Source: Gemmatimonadota bacterium (GTDB lineage: Bacteria; JBHIER01; G020348925). Taken from it: 64,000 nucleotides of DNA. Location: the NCBI GenBank assembly GCA_020348925.1, contig CP070758.1, positions 1,134,469 to 1,198,468 on the forward strand. Reading direction: 5' to 3'. The notes below the pieces were generated by a model. The model was not told the DNA's origin. It was given only the letters and a program-made list of their open reading frames with translations, and made no database searches. Position 1 is the first letter of the stretch, and each line of letters starts with the position of its first letter. Positions 9,154-19,168 of the stretch are shown here, one piece after another. A program made the position numbers and the translations under genes.

Positions 9154-9462
9154 GACAGTATCAGAAAAAAATCCTCAATCACCGCTCTACCCAGCCCTAT
9201 TTTTCAATCCGAAGGTGCAACCTTTTTTCCACGGTCCAAAGCTGCTTCCAGACACATTCCTGCCCTCTCTATTGCGGACCTGCTCCAAACACTCTCATCT
9301 TTCATAAAGGAACCGGTAAGGCAGATCTTCCCTCAACAGTGATTGGTTGAGCTTTGACGAAAAATCACGATTTTTCAGGGATAGACTTTATTTTCAATCT
9401 TTTGAGATAAGAGAATGTTCCTACCAAAAGTTTCAGAAATCACCACCAACATCCGGCAACTA

Positions 9463-9858
9463 AAGACACTCATCGAACTCCTAAATTAAATCGATAATTT
9501 TGATGGCATCCAGAACATCAGTCGTTCCATCACCGCTACAATCCCCAGGCGGTCCGTTGCAGTCTAACACCCAGAGCCAACGGCAATCCGGATAAGCCCA
9601 TAGATAAAGGCCTAATCCGTGATTGATACATAAAACAGCATCCCTCACATCGATTGTACTATCATCATTAACATCACCTTTTTTACATGTATCACAACGG
9701 AAAAAATGGATATTGTTATCCGCTTCATTTGTACCAACTTCCCACGAGGTAATTGGACTTAATATCCATCGAATCTTGATTATGCTATGAGCACAAACCA
9801 ATCTCAATTTCTGTGAGCCTTGGTTAAATACTTCAATAAAATTACTACGTTTTCTCAT
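9463..9858 (-). pseudogene. Orphan dockerin remnant
   Basis: KGDVNDDSTIDVRDAV...DCSGDGTTDVLDAIKIIDLI*EFDECL*; no signal peptide or partner domain, premature TAG, visibly AT-richer than the flanks. Confidence 0.55.
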
Positions 9859-10664
9859 GCTTTCTTGCCATCATGATCAGGATACCAGTGATACACTTCG
9901 AGGCTGCAGACCTCGATGAAGCCAATTTTTTCTAAAATTGCGGCCGATGTTGTACGCACAGCTTGAATAACGGCTGCCTCCGCACCCTCCTTTCGGGCTT
10001 TCTCAAGCCGATGTGCCACCAGACGTGTGTAGATTCCCCTGCCACGGAATTCCTCAAGCGTAGCAGCACCACCCAGCATGACGACCGGTTCATCCGGGAA
10101 AAAGAAACTGGTGCCTATTGCGACCGGGCTTTCAGACTCCTTTACAAACGCCAGGTACACTCTGACATCTGCCTCACCGGGCTTTCGTTCCTGCAGCACA
10201 GATCGGCTTAAAATTCTGGCCCACTGTGTGGGTGTCGGGTACCCATGTTCTATTATATTTTTTACCGCCTCGATATCCTGAGGCTCCGGCTCACGGATGT
10301 CGACAGGAGGACTGGCAGGAACAGAGACATTCAGGTTTGTGAGAGCCATTCCTGCGAGGATTTGCTGTGGGACCAAACCTGCTACTATCAGACGTTGGTC
10401 CAAATCTTTTGGAGTCGAGTTTGGACCAACACGCCAACTGAAACTTGTATTGTTTTGGGCGAAGAGGTTCCGTACCCGCCGAATAGTCGTATCAGCGTTG
10501 TTCGCACTCAACGTGGCTGCGCCGACAACATTTATCATCGGGTGGGATATTGATGTCACTCGACCCTGAACAGAGGAAAACGAAAGGTAGGTCAATTCTG
10601 GTGGAACTTCCGGCAACAAGAACGGACCGGTTTCGATCGCTTTGGTGAGACGCAGTGCTCCCAT
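9855..10664 (-). CDS. GNAT family acetyltransferase
   Basis: ATLEEFRGRGIYTRLV acetyl-CoA motif A; ILEKIGF. Confidence 0.9.
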   Translation of the reverse strand: MGALRLTKAIETGPFLLPEVPPELTYLSFSSVQGRVTSISHPMINVVGAATLSANNADTTIRRVRNLFAQNNTSFSWRVGPNSTPKDLDQRLIVAGLVPQQILAGMALTNLNVSVPASPPVDIREPEPQDIEAVKNIIEHGYPTPTQWARILSRSVLQERKPGEADVRVYLAFVKESESPVAIGTSFFFPDEPVVMLGGAATLEEFRGRGIYTRLVAHRLEKARKEGAEAAVIQAVRTTSAAILEKIGFIEVCSLEVYHWYPDHDGKKA

Positions 10665-10752
10665 CGCAGATCCTCGTCATTCTTCATGAACCAATTCGCA
10701 ACAGTATGAAAATATGTATGATGATCCTTCGTTACGTTGAGAATCTACCCTC

Positions 10753-11733
10753 TCAATGCAACAGCCCAATCGTAAAGACGATCGCTTCATCGTCGTAATC
10801 GTTCAGGGTAAAGGCGTAATCGAAGTTCAGAAGAACTTGAAAGTTGTACGTGCGAAAGGCCCTGATGCCCGTGTTGATGATGAATTCGAAGCCATCGCTT
10901 TTCAAGTTATCGCCATCATTATCAGAATCCTCGTCATGGGAGACCCAGTGAAAACCGAAGGCACCACCAATATACGGACAGAAGTCGGTTTTCGTTATCA
11001 GGTACGATGTATAAATGTTGAGAGCTATCCCTTTCCGTATGGCAAACTGCGCCCCCACTGCTATACGTTCCATTTCATAACCTCGGCGGTAATCGAGGGC
11101 AAAGGATCTGTCGTCGTTGTCATATCCATGCTGGGGATAGAGATAGCCGAAGGAGACGCCGTTGATTCCGAGGGCACTCCGGCGTCGTGGCACTCCTATC
11201 TCCCTTTCTGTAATGGCTCCGACCTCGGCGGTCTGTCCCATAGGCTTCCTGTTTACGATACTCAAAGCGACACGCTTCATGACGGCTTCAAGATCTTCGA
11301 CGGTCTCGGAAGCCGTATTATCAACGATCACCTTTTTTTTGGATGCGACGTCAGCCAAACCGTATTGAACAACAATCTTCTCACCCAGCCTGCTCAAACT
11401 GCAGAAGACAACCTCATCCGCACCCAGCTGTTCTCCAATTTCGGCAGCGCAGGCGACGTCCGTGCAAGGTACATCGCCAGCCATTTGCCGGGTTTCATTT
11501 TCAGAAATTATCTCCGCTGCGGTCAATTTCCCGATTTCCTGACGGAGCAAGAGTTCTGCCGTCTGAATGGAAACATAATCGATTCCCAGGGAATGAAACG
11601 GGAGTATTGCCATTTTCCCTTGAGCCTGTGCCACGGTGTCAACTACAGCAAATCGTCCAATTTGCCCGAATAAAAAACCGACCGGTACCATCAAACACAA
11701 AACCGTTACCGCTAAAAAATAGAACATTTTCAT
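10753..11733 (-). CDS. Secreted protein: TolB-N/CsgG-like domain plus small outer-membrane beta-barrel
   Basis: Signal peptide; 'CTDVACAAEIGEQLGADEVV'; C-terminal amphipathic strands (PYIGGAFGFH). Confidence 0.6.
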   Translation of the reverse strand: MKMFYFLAVTVLCLMVPVGFLFGQIGRFAVVDTVAQAQGKMAILPFHSLGIDYVSIQTAELLLRQEIGKLTAAEIISENETRQMAGDVPCTDVACAAEIGEQLGADEVVFCSLSRLGEKIVVQYGLADVASKKKVIVDNTASETVEDLEAVMKRVALSIVNRKPMGQTAEVGAITEREIGVPRRRSALGINGVSFGYLYPQHGYDNDDRSFALDYRRGYEMERIAVGAQFAIRKGIALNIYTSYLITKTDFCPYIGGAFGFHWVSHDEDSDNDGDNLKSDGFEFIINTGIRAFRTYNFQVLLNFDYAFTLNDYDDEAIVFTIGLLH

Positions 11734-11794
11734 AGTTCCGTCTCCTGTACAACTGGTGAGTCACTGTGGAATTTCTCAACCCGAAAGCCACACC

Positions 11795-13012
11795 CTAATC
11801 ATTTCTGCCCGGTAATAACATGTCCTTTTCCAGGATCACGTCTCTTTCGGTTCCTTCAGATTTTACAACGAGCTCTATTTTATGTATCCCATCATCGCGC
11901 AGCATCTCATGTATTTCTTCCATCGAAAAATCCTCGGTATCCTGCGAATTGATTTCGAGAATTTCATCTCCCACCCGGATATTCGCCCTGTCAGCGGGCG
12001 AGCCTGCCCACAACCCTCGGACCACTATCCTATCATCCTCACCCTTCTTCACAGCCAAACCTGTCGAGTACACGTTATCATGAAAATGCGCGTCTCCGTG
12101 TGGCGAAAGTATGAGTTCGCTTTCAGGGAAATTCAGTGTGATCGCAAATTGCGACAGAATCTCCTTCCCCAACAATGGATACGAAACAGTGGCCGGCAGT
12201 TCTGCGAAGATCACGGGAATATTTCGAAGCTCCAGCGTACCCAGCGTGAAAAGTTCAAGGCGCGAAAGATAGTTGGTCTCCGACGAAGTGAACGGCCATT
12301 GTGCGATCACTCCTTTGGATCTTATTTTCTCAGGACCATCAAAGTGCCCGGCAAAAGAAAGAGGCAAAACCAGGCCAAATGGCGAGCCCGTATCGATCAT
12401 CCCTTTTGTTGTTATTTCCTTACCGAGTGTACACGCAACCATGGGTGCACCGATCATGATATGTCTTTCTAAGGGCATACGATAACCCTCATGCAACGAA
12501 TCGGGTATTGAACTCTTCGCATAATGAATGATGGTTTTGGTCCTGTAATCGATCGTCAGTCGAAACAGCCTGAGAAAATCGGAACCTACAAATCCATCCA
12601 TTTTTGAAGAAGCACTGAAAAAGGATTTCGTATCCATGATCGGAATGGTCATATTCTCCACTACCATGTCACCCACGGAGAGTTTCTTCAGCGTCGTGAG
12701 ATAGGTTTTCACGGACGGATCCAAAGTGGGCATTTCGGCACCCTTTTCCAATCGGAGTTCTGCCGCAACCTCTTCATCGATCATCGTCAGCGCGCCTGTA
12801 TCCAAGACGAATTTGTATTCCTCAGGATTGTTATTGAGCGTGACGTTCACACAGATTTTGTGGCCGTCCAATTCAAAGGGAATGACACTTATCAATTCCT
12901 GCGTTTCCGGTAGGTTTTGACCAACGCTTTCACTCCTCCGGGAAATCAAACACACGCACAACAATACAATCAGAAGAGCCAATGCATTTCGCCTGTCCAT
13001 CCACATTCTCAT
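11795..13012 (-). CDS. Exported twin retropepsin-like aspartyl protease with PDZ domain (start uncertain)
   Basis: FVLDTGA and MIDTGS motifs, GFVGSD/LLGKE; PDZ 'GSPADRANIRVGDEILEIN'. Confidence 0.9.
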   Translation of the reverse strand: MRMWMDRRNALALLIVLLCVCLISRRSESVGQNLPETQELISVIPFELDGHKICVNVTLNNNPEEYKFVLDTGALTMIDEEVAAELRLEKGAEMPTLDPSVKTYLTTLKKLSVGDMVVENMTIPIMDTKSFFSASSKMDGFVGSDFLRLFRLTIDYRTKTIIHYAKSSIPDSLHEGYRMPLERHIMIGAPMVACTLGKEITTKGMIDTGSPFGLVLPLSFAGHFDGPEKIRSKGVIAQWPFTSSETNYLSRLELFTLGTLELRNIPVIFAELPATVSYPLLGKEILSQFAITLNFPESELILSPHGDAHFHDNVYSTGLAVKKGEDDRIVVRGLWAGSPADRANIRVGDEILEINSQDTEDFSMEEIHEMLRDDGIHKIELVVKSEGTERDVILEKDMLLPGRND

Positions 13013-13047
13013 AGGGAGTTCCACTGAAAATGATACAACAGTAAAAA

Positions 13048-13980
13048 TCAATTCTCGAAAAAGGATGAATCACTGCTCCCGAAAAAAAACGTCAGAGGAA
13101 TATGCACCCGCTGTCTCCAGGCCCTTTCAGAATGCTCGTGCCCTGGAAATTTCTTGGTGATCCAATTTTCCCCACGAGTATAGCCCGCCTTTTGCATAAC
13201 CGTGTCGACCTTCATCTGATACGGCTCATATGCGGCATCAACCGTCTCCGTGCCGTAATCAAAGTAGATTTTATGGGTATTGGGATCCGGCAACGTTTTT
13301 TTCAGATATTCTATCACCACGCCGTCACCGGCCGGCCAATGGGTCGACACACACCCGGCCCCGCCGAAGATATCCGGATATTCGCACACAGCGTATACGG
13401 AAATAAGCCCACCCATACTGGATCCCATGATGAACGTCTGCGCTCTTTCAGGTAACGTTCGGTAGGTCGCATCGATGAACGGTTTCAATTCGGAGACAAT
13501 GAACCTGAGGTAGCGATCGGACAGCGGTTCGCCCTGCTCGCTGATACATTCGGCTTTTTTCTCCGAGGACAACATGGTCTCAACCGGCTTCTGCGGCATG
13601 TATTCCTGAATTCGCTGGGGCGCATTCCCTATGCCGACGACAATCGCTTCTCTGATCCTCCTTTCCTCGATGAGACGGGTCATGGTTTCGTCGATCCCCC
13701 AATCCACACCGATGAAAGACGTCACGGGATCGAAGAGATTCTGTCCGTCATGCATATACAGGACGGGGTATCGCTGCTCATGGGATTCCGCATACCCGGG
13801 TGGGAGCCAGACGTCGACAGTGCGGGGCTCCACGAAATTGGTGGGAAACGTCCCGTGGTGGACGACATTTCCAATCACGCCTGGCAAGGGTTCCTCCTCT
13901 TTCGTATCTTCCCTTGAACAGGAGAGGAAGCCATGCCATACAACGAAAACAAGCAAAAGAAGTGTTTTAAAATCTTTCAT
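13048..13980 (-). CDS. Putative esterase (alpha/beta hydrolase), likely lipoprotein
   Basis: YPVLYMHDGQNLFD, GSSMGG nucleophile, HSERAW; lipobox FLSC. Confidence 0.9.
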   Translation of the reverse strand: MKDFKTLLLLVFVVWHGFLSCSREDTKEEEPLPGVIGNVVHHGTFPTNFVEPRTVDVWLPPGYAESHEQRYPVLYMHDGQNLFDPVTSFIGVDWGIDETMTRLIEERRIREAIVVGIGNAPQRIQEYMPQKPVETMLSSEKKAECISEQGEPLSDRYLRFIVSELKPFIDATYRTLPERAQTFIMGSSMGGLISVYAVCEYPDIFGGAGCVSTHWPAGDGVVIEYLKKTLPDPNTHKIYFDYGTETVDAAYEPYQMKVDTVMQKAGYTRGENWITKKFPGHEHSERAWRQRVHIPLTFFFGSSDSSFFEN

Positions 13981-14058
13981 CTTCTGCTCTCTATTCAGAG
14001 GATACGGAACATGCACAATTACTCTTTATCTCATCAGAACTGAAAAGAATTTACGATT

Positions 14059-14087
14059 AATATGGATGGGTCATTTCGTAAAGTCAA
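14059..14087 (-). promoter_or_regulatory. sigma70-type promoter for the esterase-protease unit
   Basis: TTGACT-17-CATATT. Confidence 0.5.
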
Positions 14088-14148
14088 GCTTTTTGGGAAA
14101 GAATTTCGGGCTCAAAAATCGTAGTCTCTCCTTCTGACACGAAACCAT

Positions 14149-15249
14149 TCACTCCACCCGTTTTAACACAACAAGGGAGAGATCGTCACTCGCGCGGGCT
14201 TTGCCGATGAAACCCTCGACCTTCTCAAGTAACCGAGAACCCAATTCCTCCGCCGAAGCTCCCACTTCACTCTCCAGGAAGGTTTTGAGTCTTTCGTCAC
14301 CAAAGAAGGCGCCATCCTCGTCCAAAGCTTCGGTCAATCCGTCCGAATAGACGAGAAACACATCGTTTTTTTCTAATGCAACGTACTGCTCTGCATATAT
14401 CTCATCAGAGACGATACCCAACGCCGACCCGCCCTGTTTCATCTCCTCAATCGAAGTCCCCCGAATCAGAATTGGTGGAAAGTGCCCGGCATTGACGAAA
14501 CGGACCTTGGCAGAATCGGAACATATCTCCAAATAGACCAGAGAAGCGAAGTGGCTGGGAAGACCATCCCGGAGAAAAATTTCATTCATTCGTGCGCTCA
14601 ATTCGGCCAGGGAGCTGAAACTCGGGGCAAGGGCTCGGATTGTAGCCTGAAGCTTTGACATCAACAGGGCTGCCCCCAATCCTTTTCCCACCACGTCGCC
14701 CAGGGCAATACCCAATCGACCTGAAGGCAGTTCCAAATAGTCAACGAGATCCCCTCCGACCTCATTGGCAGGACGGGTATACAGATAGATCTCCCAGCCG
14801 GCCATTTTAGGATTTTCACTGGGAATCAATGCCGATTGGACGGCCCGCCCGGTTTCCAGCTCATCCCTGGCCAGCAATTTATCCTTCAGCTCGAACATCA
14901 GGACGAGCAGAAGAACGATGAAAGCGAGTAACGGCAGAGCGCTGCCCTGGTCGTTGCGGCTGATAATGATTGCCGCGATGCAGAGAACAAGGAGAACACG
15001 TCGAACGGGAGAAAGCTTGAGTATCATACTCTTGAGGAGCCACAACACGACAGTCAGCCAGCGCCGGAGACGCCCCATTGTCGCCAGCCGCCCTCGCGTC
15101 TCCTTGTCCAGGTAGAAATAATAGATATCCCGCATCTCCTCGCGAAAGGTGCGTTTTAAATCACCGCGGCGAAGATCGTTCAGGATGGTCTTGTGAAACT
15201 TTTTGTCACTCGATGATGTGCTGGTATGCTTTGAATTATGGGCGTTCAT
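14149..15249 (-). CDS. Membrane-anchored PP2C/SpoIIE-family phosphatase
   Basis: VGGDLVD, GDVVGKG, NAGHFPP, YSDGLTE, DDLSLVV; N-terminal TM segments. Confidence 0.92.
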   Translation of the reverse strand: MNAHNSKHTSTSSSDKKFHKTILNDLRRGDLKRTFREEMRDIYYFYLDKETRGRLATMGRLRRWLTVVLWLLKSMILKLSPVRRVLLVLCIAAIIISRNDQGSALPLLAFIVLLLVLMFELKDKLLARDELETGRAVQSALIPSENPKMAGWEIYLYTRPANEVGGDLVDYLELPSGRLGIALGDVVGKGLGAALLMSKLQATIRALAPSFSSLAELSARMNEIFLRDGLPSHFASLVYLEICSDSAKVRFVNAGHFPPILIRGTSIEEMKQGGSALGIVSDEIYAEQYVALEKNDVFLVYSDGLTEALDEDGAFFGDERLKTFLESEVGASAEELGSRLLEKVEGFIGKARASDDLSLVVLKRVE

Positions 15250-15319
15250 ACGAGCAAAAAGTCCTTTGCTGAGTTACGTTTTACAGAGCCGACTGATCGA
15301 ACAGAGGAAGACGGGAGGT

Positions 15320-15781
15320 TCATGCAGCTGACTCGACAACAACAGCAGTCCCGTAGCATAAAACTTCCGTGACCCCATCCATGACTTCCGTCGCATCGTA
15401 CCGGATGCCGATCACGCCATTCGCCCCGATTTCTCTGGCATGGTCGACCATCATCTCAAAAGCTTCCCTTCGGGTTTTTTCACACAGTTCGGTGAATAAG
15501 GTAATATTGCCACCAACCAGAGTCTGGAGGGAACCGCCGATGGTCCCGAACAACGAGCGCGATCGAACCGTAATCCCCCGAACAACACCGAGGTACTTTT
15601 GAATTCGATAGCCGTCAAGGGTAAAGGTCGTGGTCAATCGGGAAGGGTCCAACGCCAATTTCGGCTGATGGGCCGTTTGCTTCTCCTCAGGGGTCAGTTT
15701 TTCATAACACTCATTGCAGACGGTTTCCGTTCTAAAATAATACTCGGACGGATACTCTTTCCCGCACTGTTCACACTTCAT
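15320..15781 (-). CDS. YbjQ (UPF0145) family protein with N-terminal zinc ribbon
   Basis: CEQC...CNEC; GANGVIGIRYD, EVLCYGTAVVV. Confidence 0.9.
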   Translation of the reverse strand: MKCEQCGKEYPSEYYFRTETVCNECYEKLTPEEKQTAHQPKLALDPSRLTTTFTLDGYRIQKYLGVVRGITVRSRSLFGTIGGSLQTLVGGNITLFTELCEKTRREAFEMMVDHAREIGANGVIGIRYDATEVMDGVTEVLCYGTAVVVESAA

Positions 15782-16356
15782 ATTGTTCTCCTATAAATTC
15801 CTGACCGTTCGTCAAACTTGACGACTCTGGACTCTGAAGCGAGCCCCTCTGCTGGTTGCGAACCGCGCCATTTCTATTCTAATTGACAACATTTTCTTAT
15901 CATATGTTTCGAGCCTCTGAAAGAATGTACTGTCTTGAGAACGCTTTCTCACACCTTCTTCGACGGTCAATCAGGATTTCATGGTCCCCTATTTTCAAAC
16001 CGGTTTCCTTGAATTCTGTCCCCTTCTTCTTGTTCTTTGCAGAATAAGTGCAGCCTAGATTGCTCTTCACTTCAGGATGTATCATCTTTACAAACAAAAA
16101 GTTATTCCATGAGATATGCAAGGAGCAATACAAATCAGGCGTCTGGTTAAGTCTCCCCGATCGAGGGGAGCGTGAGAGGGATTCGGGAAAGGAAATTTCA
16201 AATTTTTAATTCTGAAGGGCCGACCCTCTTCGAGGGATCCTTATCCATGGGCGCAATTCATGGGATCTCTGTCCCGTATACACGATGGGCTATGAAGCCC
16301 GATAGCAGGAAACCTCGCAAGATACCGGAGGCGATCATATTCGGCTCGCAAAGATC

Positions 16357-16395
16357 CTCGCCCTTCCCTTTTCCAGAATTGTTGGGAAGGGTGAG
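16357..16395 (-). terminator. Hairpin downstream of the DUF5916 gene
   Basis: CTCGCCCTTCCC / GGGAAGGGTGAG inverted repeat; weak U-tract. Confidence 0.4.
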
Positions 16396-16417
16396 ACGCT
16401 CTCGAGTCGTAGTCATT

Positions 16418-19063
16418 TCAGAGCGAAAACCACCTGTTCAATTTGATCAAAAAAACGTTGTGCGGATGGACGGCGAAGAGACCGTCCATGTCCCGCCGGA
16501 ACTTAAAATCACCCATTGACAGATAATCGGTCCGAGACTGGGACCAGACCACATAGAGCACGGAACCCGGGCTGTACTCCCAGCGGATAACGAGGTTCGA
16601 ATTGAAATCGCGGAAATTGAAATCCGGCAGGTCGAAACCGTAGTCGTCCGTACCGTCCCCATCCTCATCGATATTGTAGTATTCGTCGTCGGAGTCGTAG
16701 TCAATCCGATCATCGGGGTAAAGGTCAAACCGATCCCGGTACGTGTCGGCCATGGGATCCGTTATCCGTTTGAACTCGGAATATTCTCCGGCGGAGATGA
16801 AGGGTGAGCCGTAATACTGGATCGTCAGATTGGGCTTGATGCAGTAATCCAGACGGAAGGTGAAGGACACCGTCTTCTGATCGAGACTGCCGAAGATGTA
16901 TCGCTCCTCAGCTCCCAAAGACTCGGTCGTGACGTACTGCATCTCCGTGTCGTACCACCACATGGAAGGACTCAGGGTCAAACGCATGGCATTGCTGGGC
17001 CTGTAATAGAGGTTCAGCCAGCTCTCCTTATAATCCGAATACCCTTCACCTGCTATCTGCCGGTACGCTCCCGTATTAAGATAGTATTTCTTGCGGCTAT
17101 CCGAAGACAGGCTCATGCTGTACTCCCAGGCTCCGGGCCACTTTGAGGCCGGGCCGCCGCGAAGCTCGGTATTGGAGACGACTTCGCCCAAGCGGGTGAC
17201 ACTGGCATGAAGGTAATAGTTGTTTCGAAACGTTATACTGGTGTTCGTGTTGGCCATCGCATAGAGGAAATTACCGCCGAAATCCCAATTGAGCCATTGA
17301 TTCCCATTGACCGATAAACGGTTGAAGATGCTGAAGGGATTTCTGAGATAGTAGCCGACCCAGGTGAACTGGTTCACCTCATCAGCCCGGCGCATGTAGC
17401 CCAGATCATTGATCTCAAAACCCGGCGATCGCCAGGCCACTCCCGTCTGGCCGACGAACTTGTTGTTACTCGTTCTTTGAAGGCGAATCGAGCCGGCATA
17501 TCCGCCCAAGGCTGTTCGGGTGGAATCGATGGATCGGTGATCATTATCCGGCCGTTGATAGTACCGGGCCGACGACATCTGAGCATCCAAAATAGCCTCC
17601 GCACTCCCCCGTATCGTGCTGGCCAGAACACTCCCTTCGAGCAGGTAATCCCTGTTATGAAAATAGTGCAGGTAATCGACACCACCGGCATAAGCCTGAC
17701 TCCTCATAAAATCGAGATAGTCATCCTCAATTTTACGGTGCACTGCCGTCACCATGGCGCCGATCTGCGTGTTCCCGGCCCGGAAATCCTGTTTGAGGCG
17801 GCCGACGAAATAATTACTCACAGGTTCAACAGTCTCCTCCCGTCGCTGCCCGCTGTTATCGATCTCCGCTTTCTCCTTCTTGGTGACACTCTCCAACAGA
17901 CCTATGGATAAACCGCTCCGTGTCTTGCCCGAGAGTTTGAAGGCTCCTAAGATATGGGTATTATCCGGTTGATCCGAATACTCCTCGTCAGCCAGGTCCG
18001 GTCCATAGACAGGACGACGTCCGATGCGGCGTGAGTAGAAGAGTTTATCGCTGGTAAAGTGACCACCCGTAATGGCCGGGGCCAACCGCAGATCGAGGAT
18101 GTTGTTGCCTTCGATAAAAAAGGGCCGCTTCTCGCTGAAAAAAGTCTCAAATTCCGAGAGATTTACCTCTGAAGGGTCGGCCTCCACCTGGCCGAAGTCC
18201 GGATTGACGGTGAAGTCCAGGGTCAGGTCGGTCGTGACACCAATTTTCCCGTCCAAGCCCATATCCCCCAAGGTTCGGCTGCCATCGAGAAAGGGGTTGC
18301 CCTCGACCCTCTTGAAGTGTTCCGTTTTTCCCATAGTATAGGGCAGCAGTTCGACGCGCCGGCTCGGTTTGATGTCCCGGATCCCGCGCAGCTCACCGAA
18401 TTTACTCACCCACCCCGTAACATCCTTCGGAATGCACTGCCACGTCGAACGTTCTTCCTCACGGAAGATGCGGCGCTGGACCTGGAGTCCCCAGGTCTGT
18501 TCCTTTTCACCGCTGAAGCGAAGCTGGCTCAGGGGAATCTTCATCTCGGCCGTCCAGCCCGCGTGGTCAATCTGCGTGGCACCCTCCCAGATGGGATCCC
18601 AATTGCCGTCCCAATTGTTACCGTCGAGCGAAATGAATTCGTCACCGCGCGTGCCTGAAAGACTGAGCGTAAACGAAAAGGCAGTGCGGTTGTCATCATG
18701 GCTGTCGATATTCACCTCGACCCAATCTCCGGGGAACCAGTCCCGCCGGGCCAGCATGCTCGTCACGAGCGCCGGATCGTCGTGCGCCCGGAAGGCGAAA
18801 TAGAGGGCATCATCGTCGTACAGGACCTTAAATTCCGTCTGTTGTGTCGGCGGCTCGCCGTCGGCCGGATCACGCTGAATGAAGTCACCCGACCACTCCA
18901 CCGCCTCCCAGGCCGGATCATCCAGGCGACCGTCGATAGACGGTGTATTGCCGTTGACCCGCCTCGTCTCATACACCCGGGTCTCAATGGCCTCGTCGAA
19001 CCGGGCAAACGACGAGCTGATCAGACCCAGCAGCACCACAAGAATGAGGGCAAGAGATTTCAT
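16418..19063 (-). CDS. CBM9-like plus DUF5916 outer-membrane protein
   Basis: IDGRLDDPAW, WTAEMKIPLSQLRF, TVNPDFGQVEADPSEVNLSEFETFFSEKRPFFIEG; GGAGGAG RBS. Confidence 0.9.
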   Translation of the reverse strand: MKSLALILVVLLGLISSSFARFDEAIETRVYETRRVNGNTPSIDGRLDDPAWEAVEWSGDFIQRDPADGEPPTQQTEFKVLYDDDALYFAFRAHDDPALVTSMLARRDWFPGDWVEVNIDSHDDNRTAFSFTLSLSGTRGDEFISLDGNNWDGNWDPIWEGATQIDHAGWTAEMKIPLSQLRFSGEKEQTWGLQVQRRIFREEERSTWQCIPKDVTGWVSKFGELRGIRDIKPSRRVELLPYTMGKTEHFKRVEGNPFLDGSRTLGDMGLDGKIGVTTDLTLDFTVNPDFGQVEADPSEVNLSEFETFFSEKRPFFIEGNNILDLRLAPAITGGHFTSDKLFYSRRIGRRPVYGPDLADEEYSDQPDNTHILGAFKLSGKTRSGLSIGLLESVTKKEKAEIDNSGQRREETVEPVSNYFVGRLKQDFRAGNTQIGAMVTAVHRKIEDDYLDFMRSQAYAGGVDYLHYFHNRDYLLEGSVLASTIRGSAEAILDAQMSSARYYQRPDNDHRSIDSTRTALGGYAGSIRLQRTSNNKFVGQTGVAWRSPGFEINDLGYMRRADEVNQFTWVGYYLRNPFSIFNRLSVNGNQWLNWDFGGNFLYAMANTNTSITFRNNYYLHASVTRLGEVVSNTELRGGPASKWPGAWEYSMSLSSDSRKKYYLNTGAYRQIAGEGYSDYKESWLNLYYRPSNAMRLTLSPSMWWYDTEMQYVTTESLGAEERYIFGSLDQKTVSFTFRLDYCIKPNLTIQYYGSPFISAGEYSEFKRITDPMADTYRDRFDLYPDDRIDYDSDDEYYNIDEDGDGTDDYGFDLPDFNFRDFNSNLVIRWEYSPGSVLYVVWSQSRTDYLSMGDFKFRRDMDGLFAVHPHNVFLIKLNRWFSL

Positions 19064-19168
19064 GACACGCTCCTCCTCCAAAAAGTCAACTTTTTCAACT
19101 GTTGAAAAAAACGCGCTGATGCGACGTATGCATTCTCAAAAAAAGTGTTCCTCCTTTCTTTTCGATGC

